Below, piece by piece: positions 43,690 to 53,294 of a stretch of DNA of 64,000 bases; within the stretch, counting starts at the first letter, position 1, and the number at the start of each line of letters is the position of its first letter. This DNA is from Nannocystis bainbridge (GTDB lineage: Bacteria > Myxococcota_A > Polyangia > Nannocystales > Nannocystaceae), in the NCBI RefSeq assembly GCF_028368995.1, contig NZ_JAQNDL010000003.1, positions 2,112,001 through 2,176,000 of the forward strand, given 5' to 3'. The position numbers and the translations under genes were made by a program. The notes under the pieces are model-generated. The model had not been told where the DNA came from and made no database searches. It worked only from the letters and a program-made list of their open reading frames with translations.

Positions 43690-44049
43690 TCACGGCACCT
43701 TGCCGCCCGGGTACTCCGGCTGCTCGAGCTCCCGCAGGGTCGTCAGCATGCCCTGCAGCCGCTTGGCCCGCTCGCGCGCCTGCTCGCGCGAGCGCTCGAA
43801 GTCGAGGTCCTTGAGGCCGAGCGCCGAGGCCCGGTCGTACAGCGCCAGCGCTTCTTCCTGGCCCTTGAGGCAGGTCTGGATCTGGTCGCCGGAGATCACG
43901 TTCTGGCCGATCTGTTGATCGAACACCAGTTTGCACGGGCCCCGCTCGGCCTCGCCTTCGGCCTTCATCCCTTGCGCGTACACCTCGCGGGCGGACTCGC
44001 CGCAGCCGAGGAGAAGGACCAACCAGAGCCCGAACGACAGCCGCGGCAT
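43690..44049 (-). CDS. Small hypothetical lipoprotein
   Basis: MPRLSFGLWLVLLLGC lipobox. Confidence 0.65.
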   Translation of the reverse strand: MPRLSFGLWLVLLLGCGESAREVYAQGMKAEGEAERGPCKLVFDQQIGQNVISGDQIQTCLKGQEEALALYDRASALGLKDLDFERSREQARERAKRLQGMLTTLRELEQPEYPGGKVP

Positions 44050-44402
44050 GCCTCCACCCTAACCGCTTCTCGCGGCCCGGGCGAGCGAGCCGCGCCAGAG
44101 AGAGGGGTCCCGGCCCTCGCGCTCCTGCCGTCCCGACTCTGGCCCTCGTCGCCCCTCCGAGCGCGAACCGTCCCGACCCTCGCGTTTATCTGCGAGCACG
44201 ACCTCGCGCGATCTTCTGCAACCTGTGCAACCTGCCCCCCACGGCCGGGCGAGGCGCCGCTGCGAATCCGGTCCCTTCCTTCTGTCTGTCCTGCGAGCCG
44301 CTCGCGCGAGACCCGGCGTCCAACAGCGTCCCACGTGAGCCAAGCCCCGCGCCGCCCGCGCTCCGCGCCCTCGTGTGCATGCTAGCTTCGCGGCCGGTCG
44401 CC

Positions 44403-45401
44403 ATGCGCCTCCTGCGGCAGCCCACGCCCCTTCCTCCTGGCACCGCAGCGTGCATCGGCGCCTTCGACGGCCTCCACCTCGGCCACCAGGCGCTCCTTCG
44501 CCGCGCCGCTGCCCTGGCCCCGCGGATCGCCCTCGTCACCTTCGACCCGCACCCCGCCCAGGTCCTCGCGCCCGAGCGGGCCCCGCCGCGCCTGCAGACC
44601 CTGGCCCAGCGGGCCCGCGTCGCCGCCGCGCTCGGGGTCGACAGCCTCGTCGTCCTGCCCTTCACCCGCGCCCTCGCCGACACCGCCCCTGACGCCTTCG
44701 TCGAGCGCCTCCTGCTCGCCGGCCTGCGCCCGGCCGCCGTCGTCGTCGGCCCCGATTTCCGCTTCGGCTCCGGCCGCGCCGGCGGCCCCGCCGACCTGCG
44801 CCGCCTGCTCGGCCCTGCCGGCGTCGAGGTCGAAGTCGTCACCGAGGTCAGCCTCCCCACCGATCCATCCCAGGCCAAGCTCGGCAGCTCCGGCATCCGG
44901 CGCGCCGTCGAGCGCGGCGACCTGCCCGCCGCCGCCGCCATGCTCGGCCGCGCCTACAGCGTCGAGGGCCCGGTCGTCTCCGGCGCTCGCCGCGGCCGCG
45001 ACCTCGGCTTCCCGACCGCCAACGTCGCCGTCCGCAACCCGCTGCTGCCCCCGCCGGGCGTCTACGCCGGCGCGCTCGCGCTCGTCGCCCCCGATCCCGA
45101 TGCCGGCACCGTCTGGCCCGCCGTCATGAACCTGGGTCAAAACCCAACCTTCGGCCCTGACAGCCCCCAGACTCTCGAGGTCCACGCGCTCGACGTCGAC
45201 CTCGGCCAGTCGCTCTACGACCGCCCGGTCGAGGTCGCCTTCGCCGCCCGCCTGCGCCCCGAGGAGCGGTTCCCCTCCGCGACCGCTCTGGTCGCCCAGA
45301 TCGCCCGCGACATCGAGGTCGCCCGCCCCCTCCTCACCGCGGACTGGCTGGCCCACGCGGTCCTCGGCGCCGCCTCCACCTGGGACGACGACCATGTCTG
45401 A
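44403..45401 (+). CDS. ribF: Bifunctional riboflavin kinase / FAD synthetase
   Basis: GAFDGLHLGHQ, TFDPHP, DFRFG, GRDLGFPTAN, LEVH. Confidence 0.95.
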   Translation: MRLLRQPTPLPPGTAACIGAFDGLHLGHQALLRRAAALAPRIALVTFDPHPAQVLAPERAPPRLQTLAQRARVAAALGVDSLVVLPFTRALADTAPDAFVERLLLAGLRPAAVVVGPDFRFGSGRAGGPADLRRLLGPAGVEVEVVTEVSLPTDPSQAKLGSSGIRRAVERGDLPAAAAMLGRAYSVEGPVVSGARRGRDLGFPTANVAVRNPLLPPPGVYAGALALVAPDPDAGTVWPAVMNLGQNPTFGPDSPQTLEVHALDVDLGQSLYDRPVEVAFAARLRPEERFPSATALVAQIARDIEVARPLLTADWLAHAVLGAASTWDDDHV

Positions 45402-45867
45402 AGCGCCCGCCCTCGTCAGCGCCACGCTCGCCCAGCTGTACATGCAGCAGGACCACCTCGAGCAGGCCCGCCGCGTCATCCAGCGGGTGCTCGCCGCCGA
45501 TCCGCTGCACGGCCACGCCCTCGTGCTCGCCGACCGCCTGGCCAACCGCTCGCGCGCCCGGCTCTACGCCGCCTTTCAGCCCGGCAGCGGCGTCGTCGTC
45601 CGCTGGCACGATGCCCCGCCCGAGCCCGCGCTGCACCTGATCCTGGCCGTCTTCCGCGCGGTCCCGGCCTTCCCCGGCCGCACCAGCACCCAGGTCACCT
45701 CGATCCGCTGCCGCGCCGAGGCCGGCGAGCACACCTTCCCGATCGCCGGCGGCCCGCGCCCCAGCCCCGCCAGCGCCAGCCTGTGCCTGGCCCGCCTGGC
45801 CCCCGACGGCCTCCAGCTGCTCGCCGTCCACGAAGCGATCTCCTGGCCCACCCCCACGGGCCCGTAG
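45394..45867 (+). CDS. Hypothetical protein with a single N-terminal TPR
   Basis: SATLAQLYMQQDHLEQA...LAADP; overlaps ribF end. Confidence 0.6.
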   Translation: MSEAPALVSATLAQLYMQQDHLEQARRVIQRVLAADPLHGHALVLADRLANRSRARLYAAFQPGSGVVVRWHDAPPEPALHLILAVFRAVPAFPGRTSTQVTSIRCRAEAGEHTFPIAGGPRPSPASASLCLARLAPDGLQLLAVHEAISWPTPTGP

Positions 45868-46064
45868 CTGCCGATTCAGGCGGTCGCTACGCCTGCTCGC
45901 CCGCGAGGTCCGGGCTCACTGGCACGATCGACCTTACGCCCCGTCTCCTCCCGTCCCCGATCGGCCTGCACCGTGGCGGCGCGCACGGATGACCGGCGCA
46001 CCGGCCTCGTGCGCGCCCGCAGACGCGCGCGCGCCTGGGCGCCTGTGCTAGTGTCCGCCCGCTC

Positions 46065-46961
46065 ATGTTCCGCGGAGCCCTCACCGCCCTGATCACTCCC
46101 ATGCGGCCCGCGGCCGGCGGCGCCTCCGAGCTCGACGAGCCCGCCCTGGTCGCCCTCGTCGAGGCCCAGATCGCCGCGGGGATCCACGGTCTCGTGCCGT
46201 GCGGCACCACCGGCGAGGCCAGCACCTTGAGCGCTGCCGAGCACCTCCGCGTCGTCGAGCTCGTCGTCAAGACCGCGCGGCGGCGCGTCCCCGTGCTCGC
46301 CGGCGCCGGCGGCAACGACACCGCCAGGGCCGTCGAGCTCGCGCGCGCCTGCAAGGCTGCCGGGGCTGACGGCACGCTGCAGGTCACTCCTTACTACAAC
46401 AGGCCGACCCAGGCCGGCCTCGTCGCCCACTTCCGCGCCATCGCCGAGGCCAGCGACCTCCCGGTCGTCGTCTACAACGTGCCCGGGCGGACCGGCTGCG
46501 ATCTGCTGCCCGAGACCGTCGCCGAGCTGGCCCGCGACCCGAAGATCGTCGGCATCAAAGAGGCCACCGGCGACATGAACCGGGCCGCCCGCCTGCGTGA
46601 GCTGCTGCCCGGGCGCCGCGACTTCGCCCTGCTCTCCGGCGACGACTTCACCGTCCTGCCCTTCCTCGCGCTCGGCGGTCACGGCGTCATCTCCGTCACC
46701 TCCAACGTCGCCCCGCAGTGGGTCGCCGGTCTGTGCGACGCCGCCGCGGCCGGCCGCTGGGACGACGCCCGCGCCCTGCACGACCGCCACTACCCGCTGG
46801 CCCGCGCCCTCTTCAGCCAGCCCAACCCGATCCCCGTCAAGGCCGCCGTCGCCCTCCAGGGCCGCTGCACCGGCGACCTCCGCCTCCCGCTCCTCCCGCT
46901 CGATCGCCAGGGCCGCGAGGGCCTGGCCGACACCTTGCGCACCCTCGGTCTTCTGTCCTAG
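46065..46961 (+). CDS. dapA: 4-hydroxy-tetrahydrodipicolinate synthase
   Basis: GTTGE, PYYNRP, YNVPGRT, GIKEA, SGDD, NPIPVK. Confidence 0.97.
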   Translation: MFRGALTALITPMRPAAGGASELDEPALVALVEAQIAAGIHGLVPCGTTGEASTLSAAEHLRVVELVVKTARRRVPVLAGAGGNDTARAVELARACKAAGADGTLQVTPYYNRPTQAGLVAHFRAIAEASDLPVVVYNVPGRTGCDLLPETVAELARDPKIVGIKEATGDMNRAARLRELLPGRRDFALLSGDDFTVLPFLALGGHGVISVTSNVAPQWVAGLCDAAAAGRWDDARALHDRHYPLARALFSQPNPIPVKAAVALQGRCTGDLRLPLLPLDRQGREGLADTLRTLGLLS

Positions 46962-46991
46962 AAGACAGGTCCCAAAGGCCAGCCACCGATT

Positions 46992-47816
46992 ATGACGACC
47001 GAACGCCTCGTCCCCATCAGCATCGTCGGCGCCCGCGGGCGCATGGGCAAGACCCTCATCCGCGAGATCGTGCTCAGCGACAGCATGATCCTCGAGGCGG
47101 CCGTCGACCGTGAAGGCGGCGCCGGGCTCGGGCAGGACGCCGGCCGGCTCGCCGGGCTGCACGACATCGGCGTGACCGTGGTCGACGAGCTGCGGCCGCG
47201 GCGCAACAGCGTCGTCGTCGACTTCTCGCTCGCCCCCGCGACCGACGCCAACATCCGCCGCTGCGTCGAGGCCGGCGTGCCGCTGGTGCTCGGCACCACC
47301 GGCCTGCAAAAGTCCACCCGCGAGCTGCTGCGCGGCGCCTCCCGCGAGATCGCCATCGTCAGCGCCGCCAACTTCAGCGTCGGCGTGACCCTGCTGACCA
47401 AGATCGCCGGCCTCGTCGCTGGCTCGCTCGGCGAGAGCTGGGACGCCGAGCTGCTCGAGATCCACCACAGCCACAAGCGCGACGCCCCCTCGGGGACCGC
47501 CCTGCGGATCGCCAAGGCCGTGGCCAAGGCGACCGGCCGCGACCTCGAGGGTGTCATGCGCACCGACCGGGCCGGAGAGAACGCCCGCCCGCGCGAGCGC
47601 GGCGAGATCGGCGTGGCCGCGGTCCGCGGCGGCGACTCGATCGGCGAGCACACCCTCATGTTCCTCGCCGACGGCGAGCGGCTCGAGCTGACCCACCGAG
47701 CCTTTGACCGGGCCATCTTCGCCCGCGGCGCCCTGCGGGCCGCCCGATGGGTCGCCGGCCGAGCGCCGGGCCTCTACAGCATGGCCGACGTCATCGGCCT
47801 CGGCGACCTGGGCTGA
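46992..47816 (+). CDS. dapB: 4-hydroxy-tetrahydrodipicolinate reductase
   Basis: GARGRMG, GTTG, EIHHSHKRDAPSGTA. Confidence 0.97.
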   Translation: MTTERLVPISIVGARGRMGKTLIREIVLSDSMILEAAVDREGGAGLGQDAGRLAGLHDIGVTVVDELRPRRNSVVVDFSLAPATDANIRRCVEAGVPLVLGTTGLQKSTRELLRGASREIAIVSAANFSVGVTLLTKIAGLVAGSLGESWDAELLEIHHSHKRDAPSGTALRIAKAVAKATGRDLEGVMRTDRAGENARPRERGEIGVAAVRGGDSIGEHTLMFLADGERLELTHRAFDRAIFARGALRAARWVAGRAPGLYSMADVIGLGDLG

Positions 47817-48199
47817 TGCGCCGGCAGTTCGACCTCGAGCTGGTGCGGCGCAGCAGCACCGGCGGCGGCGAGACCGCGACCTTCGCCGTCGAGGTCCCGG
47901 CCGACCTGCTCTATTTCGCCGGACATTTCCCCGGCGAGCCGGTGCTGCCCGGCGTGGCCCAGTTGGTCGCCCTGGTGCTCGACCGGGTGCGGGCGCTGTG
48001 GCCCGAGCTCGGCGAGCCGACGCGGGTCGGCAGGCTCAAATTCAAGCAGCCGATCGCCCCCGGCGACGCGCTCGAGCTCACCGTCGAGCTCGAGCGCGGC
48101 GAGGCGGCCCCGCGGGTGCATTTCCAGATCGATCGCAAAGGTCAGGCCTGCACCGTCGGGGTCATGACCTTTGCCACGGCGGGCGAATCGCAGGGTTGA
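47816..48199 (+). CDS. Hotdog-fold dehydratase (ApeI/FabZ-like)
   Basis: YFAGHFPGEPVLPGVAQL, LKFKQPIAPG; TGATG overlap with dapB. Confidence 0.85.
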   Translation: MRRQFDLELVRRSSTGGGETATFAVEVPADLLYFAGHFPGEPVLPGVAQLVALVLDRVRALWPELGEPTRVGRLKFKQPIAPGDALELTVELERGEAAPRVHFQIDRKGQACTVGVMTFATAGESQG

Positions 48200-48245
48200 G
48201 CGCCGGCGCCGTCCATCGGCTATGTCATCACCTCCCGGAGGTCAT

Positions 48246-49844
48246 GTGGAAGCAGTTCGAACCGTCGACGTCGCCGTGCTGGGCGGCGGCCTCGCAGGCA
48301 ATCTGATCGCCCGCCAGCTCCGCCGCCAGGTCCCGGGCCTCTCGGTCGCGGTGTTCGAGAAGAGCACCGAGGGCTCGTTCAAGGTCGGCGAGTCCTCCGT
48401 CGAGATCGCCGGCAACTTCCTGACCCGCCGGCTCGGCCTGACCTCGTACCTCTACCAGCACCAGCTGCCGAAGAACGGCCTCCGCTTCTTCTTCGACACC
48501 CCCGAGAAGAACGCCGAGCTCCACGACATGACCGAGCTCGGCAGCCGCCACCTGCTGCGCTTGCCGTCGTTCCAGCTCGACCGCGCCCGCCTCGAGAACG
48601 ACCTCCTGCGCATGAACGGGGACGCCGGGGTCGACATCCACCTCGGCGCCAAGGCCCACGACCTCGCGCTCGCCGAGGGCGCCGAGGGCGGGCCGGCGAT
48701 GCACGAGTTCACCGTCACCGAGGGCGAGCAGCAGACCCGCTGGCGCTGCAAGTGGCTGATCGACGCCAGCGGCCGGGCCAGCCTGGTCGCCCGCGCCAAG
48801 GAGCTGCGCGTCCCGACCGAGCTGCCCGTCAGCGCCGTCTGGGGCCGGTTCCGCGGCTACGCCGACATGGACGACATGGGCCCGCCCGCGTGGCGCGACC
48901 GCGTCCAGAACACCGCCCGCTTCCTCAGCACCAATCACTTCTGCTACCCCGGCTACTGGATCTGGTTCATCCCGTTGGGCCAGGAGGTCATGAGCGTCGG
49001 CTGGGTCGGCGAGAAGGCCCAGTTCAGCGACGCGTGGCGCAAGCCCGAGGGCTTCCTCGAGTTCCTCAAGGGCCACAAGGCCGTGTGGGACCTGCTGCGC
49101 GGCGGCCAGGCCGAGCTCGTCGACATCCTCTCGTACAAGCAGCTCGCCTACGGCACCAAGCGGTTCTTCCGCGGCGAGGACCGGTGGTTCCTGCTCGGCG
49201 AGGCCGCCGCCTTCACCGACCCCTTCTACAGCCCGGGCAGCGACTTCATCTCGATCGAGAGCGACTACATCGTCGACATGATCGCCCGCGACGCCGCCGG
49301 CGAGAGCCGCGCCGACATCGCCGAGCGCTCGGACACCTACGACGAGTTCATGCAGTTCCGGTTCGCCGCCACCGTGCTGCTGTACCGCGACCTCTACTCG
49401 GTGCTCGGCAGCTACGAGCTGCTCAAGCTCAAGTGGGACTTCGACATCGCCTGCTACTACAACCTGTGGGCGGCGCCGTTCTTCACCGACCAGCACCTCG
49501 ACCTGCGCTACTTGAAGGCCGAGCTGCGGCGCAAAGAGTTCGTCCTCCTGGGGCTCGAGAATTTCGCCCGCTTCTTCAAGCAGATCGAGGGCGAGATGCA
49601 CGCGCGCGGCGGCTACTACCGCAAGAACCTCGGTCAGTATTGCTACCAGCTCGACTTGGTCGACTTCATGGATGACATGTTCGCGCCGCGGCCGCGGCGG
49701 CAGGTGATGCGCACCACAGAGGCGATCTTCAACGGCACCCGCGACCGCGGCCTCGCCATCTTGCAGGACCTGGGGGTCGTACCGACGCGAGACGCCCCCG
49801 CCCTGCCCCTTTACGAGTTCATGCTCCAAGAGCCCCTCGCCTGA
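48246..49844 (+). CDS. Flavin-dependent halogenase-like oxidoreductase
   Basis: GGGLAG FAD motif, KVGES, LPKNGLRF, WIWFIP (WxWxIP), GEAAAFTDPFYSPG; GTG start after GGAGG. Confidence 0.8.
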   Translation: MEAVRTVDVAVLGGGLAGNLIARQLRRQVPGLSVAVFEKSTEGSFKVGESSVEIAGNFLTRRLGLTSYLYQHQLPKNGLRFFFDTPEKNAELHDMTELGSRHLLRLPSFQLDRARLENDLLRMNGDAGVDIHLGAKAHDLALAEGAEGGPAMHEFTVTEGEQQTRWRCKWLIDASGRASLVARAKELRVPTELPVSAVWGRFRGYADMDDMGPPAWRDRVQNTARFLSTNHFCYPGYWIWFIPLGQEVMSVGWVGEKAQFSDAWRKPEGFLEFLKGHKAVWDLLRGGQAELVDILSYKQLAYGTKRFFRGEDRWFLLGEAAAFTDPFYSPGSDFISIESDYIVDMIARDAAGESRADIAERSDTYDEFMQFRFAATVLLYRDLYSVLGSYELLKLKWDFDIACYYNLWAAPFFTDQHLDLRYLKAELRRKEFVLLGLENFARFFKQIEGEMHARGGYYRKNLGQYCYQLDLVDFMDDMFAPRPRRQVMRTTEAIFNGTRDRGLAILQDLGVVPTRDAPALPLYEFMLQEPLA

Positions 49845-49948
49845 GCCGACCGGGTCGGGCCCTGCGGGACCCGAAGCGGCCGGCCGAGCCCCCGGGCGAG
49901 CTTTACCTCCCCGGGCCCTGCAAGTACCATTCGCCGAACGACCCCAGC

Positions 49949-50218
49949 ATGACGCGCGCGGAAATCTACAATCGGATCGTCGGGATCCTCGTCAAGAGCT
50001 TCGAGCTCGACCCGAACGACATCCGCCCCGAATCCCGGCTCTTCGAGGACCTCGACCTCGACAGCATCGACGCCATCGACATGTTCGTCGAGCTCCACGA
50101 GGTCACCGGCCGCCGGATCGACGTCCAGGTCGCGCGGAAGATCCGCACCGTCGAGGACATCGTCAAGCTCGTCGAGTCCGAGCTCGCCAGCGCCAACGTG
50201 CCCAAAAACCAGGAGTGA
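49949..50218 (+). CDS. Acyl carrier protein (ApeF-like)
   Basis: LFEDLDLDSIDAID phosphopantetheine site. Confidence 0.93.
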   Translation: MTRAEIYNRIVGILVKSFELDPNDIRPESRLFEDLDLDSIDAIDMFVELHEVTGRRIDVQVARKIRTVEDIVKLVESELASANVPKNQE

Positions 50219-50225
50219 CGGGCCC

Positions 50226-50810
50226 GTGGCCTTCCCGCCGCTCGACGAGATCTTGCCGCATCGGCCGCCGATGCTGCTGCTCGACGCGCTGACGGCGGCC
50301 GAGGCCGAGTCGGCGACCTGCCGCGCCACCGTGCGGGCGGGCGCCCCGTTCGTGGTCGGCGAGCGCGTCTCCTCGCTCATCGCGCTCGAGTACTTCGCCC
50401 AGACCGTCGCCGCCCTGTTCGCCTACAAGGCCCGCAGCGGCGCCGGCGGGCCGTTCCGCGGCCTCCTCCTCGGCGCCCGCGACCTCGAGCTCGCCGCCTC
50501 GCACCTGCGCGTCGGCGACGTCCTCGACGTCCACTGCCGCGAGCAGTGGGCCAGCGGCCCGGTCGCCCAGTTCCACTGCACCTTGAACCGCGGCGGCGAG
50601 CAATTGGCCACCGGCGCCGTCACCGTCCTGCGCGGCGACCCGGCCGAGTTCGCCGCCGGCGGCTCCGACCTGTCCCCCGGGACAGCCGCCTCCGACCTGT
50701 CCTCCGGGACATCCAGCCTATCCTCTACGCCAGCCTCCGACCTGTCCCTCGGGACATCCGCCGGGGAGCCGTCCGTCACTCGCCTCGACCTCGTGGAGCC
50801 CGCGCCATGA
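50226..50810 (+). CDS. Hotdog-fold dehydratase partner (ApeP-like) with repeat-derived tail
   Basis: ILPHRPPMLLLD, LEYFAQ, GLLLGAR; tail SDLSPGT/SDLSSGT/SDLSLGT. Confidence 0.8.
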   Translation: MAFPPLDEILPHRPPMLLLDALTAAEAESATCRATVRAGAPFVVGERVSSLIALEYFAQTVAALFAYKARSGAGGPFRGLLLGARDLELAASHLRVGDVLDVHCREQWASGPVAQFHCTLNRGGEQLATGAVTVLRGDPAEFAAGGSDLSPGTAASDLSSGTSSLSSTPASDLSLGTSAGEPSVTRLDLVEPAP

Positions 50811-52039
50811 ATCCCCGTCGCGTCGTCATCACCGGCGTCGGCATCGTCTGCCCGATCGGCCACAACCTCCCCGAGGTCACCGCCTCGCTGCGCAGCGGCC
50901 GGCACGGCATCGTCGCCATGCCCGAGTGGGGCCGCGTCGAGGAGATGCGGACCCGCCTCGGCGGCGTCGTCACCGGCCTCGACCTCGACCGTCGCTGGCA
51001 CCGCAAGAAGACCCGCACCATGGGCCGCGTCGCCCTCCTGGCCGCCTACAGCGCCGAGCAGGCGCTGGCCGACGCCGGGCTCGACGAGGCGACGCTCGGC
51101 TCGGGCGTCACCGGCCTGTCGTACGGCTCCAACTCGGGCTCGTCCGAGGCGCTGGCGGAGTTCTGCACCACCCTGCTCACCACCATGAGCATGAAGGGCC
51201 TGCAGTCGACCAGCTACCTCAAGTTCATGCCGCACACCTGCGCCGCCAACCTGGCCCAGTTCTTCGGCATCCGCGGGCGGGTGATCCCGGTGACCTCGGC
51301 CTGCGCCAGCGGGGCCCAGGCGATCGGCGGCGCCTACGAGGCGATCAAGTACGGCCTGCAGGACGTCATGGTCGCCGGCGGCGCGGACGAGATGCACTAC
51401 ACCACGGCCGTCACCTTCGACCTGATGTTCGCCACCTCGACGAACTACAACGAGCGGCCGGACCTCAGCCCGCGGCCGTTCGACGCCAAGCGCGACGGCC
51501 TGGTCGTCGGCGAGGGCGCCGCCACCGTCGTGCTCGAGTCGTACGAGCGCGCGCGTGACCGCGGCGCCACCATCTACGCCGAGGTCCTCGGGTACGGCAC
51601 CAACTGCGACGGCCTGCACATCACCGCCCCGTCCGAGCAGGGCATGCGCCAGGCGATGGCCCGCTCGCTGCGCGACGCCGGCCTCGGCCCCGACCGCATC
51701 GACTACGTCAACGCCCACGGCACCGCCACCGACATCGGCGACGTGGCCGAGAGCAACGCCACCCGCGAAGTGTTCGGCCGCCCGGTCGCCCTGTCCTCGA
51801 CCAAGAGCTACACCGGCCACACCATGGGCGCTTGCGGCCCGATCGAGGCCGCCTTCTCGGTCGCCATGCTGCGCGAGGGCTTCCTCGCCCCCACGCGCAA
51901 CCTCGTCGAAGTCGACCCGCGCTGCGCCGACCTCGACTACGTGCGTGAGGTCCGTGACGTCCGCCCCGCGATCGTCATGAGCAACAACTTCGCCTTCGGC
52001 GGCGTCAACACGAGCCTCATCCTCGGCCGGGTCGACTGA
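50807..52039 (+). CDS. Beta-ketoacyl-ACP synthase (ApeR/FabF-like)
   Basis: TSACASG (Cys), NAHGTAT and KSYTGH (His, His), NNFAFGG; MPHT motif as recalled for aryl-polyene ApeR. Confidence 0.9.
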   Translation: MNPRRVVITGVGIVCPIGHNLPEVTASLRSGRHGIVAMPEWGRVEEMRTRLGGVVTGLDLDRRWHRKKTRTMGRVALLAAYSAEQALADAGLDEATLGSGVTGLSYGSNSGSSEALAEFCTTLLTTMSMKGLQSTSYLKFMPHTCAANLAQFFGIRGRVIPVTSACASGAQAIGGAYEAIKYGLQDVMVAGGADEMHYTTAVTFDLMFATSTNYNERPDLSPRPFDAKRDGLVVGEGAATVVLESYERARDRGATIYAEVLGYGTNCDGLHITAPSEQGMRQAMARSLRDAGLGPDRIDYVNAHGTATDIGDVAESNATREVFGRPVALSSTKSYTGHTMGACGPIEAAFSVAMLREGFLAPTRNLVEVDPRCADLDYVREVRDVRPAIVMSNNFAFGGVNTSLILGRVD

Positions 52040-52111
52040 ACCGGCCGCGGCGCCAGCCCGAGGCGCGCCCTCGCCCCTCGGGCCTATCCCCCGGCATCAG
52101 GCAGTCCCCGC

Positions 52112-52975
52112 GTGCCCAAGTTCCTGCGCATCCCCGTGTCCGGCCTCGCGTTCGTCGGCTTCTTCACGTTCGGCTGCATCGCCGGCTGGATCGGGCTGCC
52201 GCTCCTCGCCCTGTGGCCGGGCAGCCCGGAGGTGAAGCGACGGCGGATCGAGCGGATCATCTGCGCGATCTACCGCCGCTTCCTCAGCATCCTGAACATG
52301 GTCCGGCTGATCGACTACGTCCGCCCGGAGCTCCCGCCCGACTTCCCGCGCGGCGGCGGCTACGTCGTCATCGCCAACCACCCGTCGCTGATCGACACCC
52401 TGATCCTCATGGGCCTCGCGCCCGGCCTGTCCTCCGTCGTCAAGCCGGGCTGGTACAGCTCGTGGATGCTGCGCCTGCTGATGCGCTACGCCGGCCACAT
52501 CCCCGGGACCGACCGCACCGCCGCGCTGACGGATGGCTCTTCAGACATGTCGCAAGAGGCAGCCGACAGCGACATGCCGGCCGTGGTCGACCGCATGGTC
52601 GCGCACCTGCAGGCCGGCCACGCGCTGGTGATCTTCCCCGAGGCTTCGCGCTCGTGGGAGCGCAAGATGCGACGCTTCCGCCGCGGCGCCGTCGAGGCGG
52701 CCGTGCGCGCCGGCGTGCCGATCGTCCCCGCCTTCATCTCGGTCAACCCGCCGATGTTGATGAAGCACCAGCCGTGGCACGAGGTCCCCGACCGCCGCGG
52801 CGTGTTCCGGGTCGAGTTCTTCCCGGTCGTCGAGACCGCCGGCCGCGACCTCGACCCGCGCCAGCTCAACCGCGAGCTGCGGGCCCTCTACGACGGCCGC
52901 TTCGCCCAGATGCTGCGCGAGCGCGACGCCTCGGCCCTCACCGCCGCCCCGATCGCCCAGCTGCCGCAGACCTGA
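52112..52975 (+). CDS. Lysophospholipid acyltransferase family protein (PlsC/ApeD-like)
   Basis: ANHPSLID, IFPEASR, N-terminal TM helix. Confidence 0.88.
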   Translation: MPKFLRIPVSGLAFVGFFTFGCIAGWIGLPLLALWPGSPEVKRRRIERIICAIYRRFLSILNMVRLIDYVRPELPPDFPRGGGYVVIANHPSLIDTLILMGLAPGLSSVVKPGWYSSWMLRLLMRYAGHIPGTDRTAALTDGSSDMSQEAADSDMPAVVDRMVAHLQAGHALVIFPEASRSWERKMRRFRRGAVEAAVRAGVPIVPAFISVNPPMLMKHQPWHEVPDRRGVFRVEFFPVVETAGRDLDPRQLNRELRALYDGRFAQMLRERDASALTAAPIAQLPQT

Positions 52976-53294
52976 GCCTCCGCTCGACGATTCGTCCCGC
53001 CTCCGCGCCGCAGCCGTGGAAGTCGCCTGCGAAGACTCGCCCGCCTGTCCTCTGCGGGCTCGCCGACGTCCCGGATTCGCTGCATTGATTCTGCCGACCG
53101 CCGCACGGGCCGTCGTGTTTGGCGATCGACGCCGAACCGACACCCCGCGGGCCCTTCCCATCGACGGCCAAGCGACCGCGGCTCCCATCGACGGGCCCTC
53201 TCTTCCTGCGCGGAGCGCACGGCCGACCGGCCTGCGCTCTTGCGCATCATCGCCCCGCGCGTGAACCCGGCGTATCGCCTGCTACGCTGGGCGC

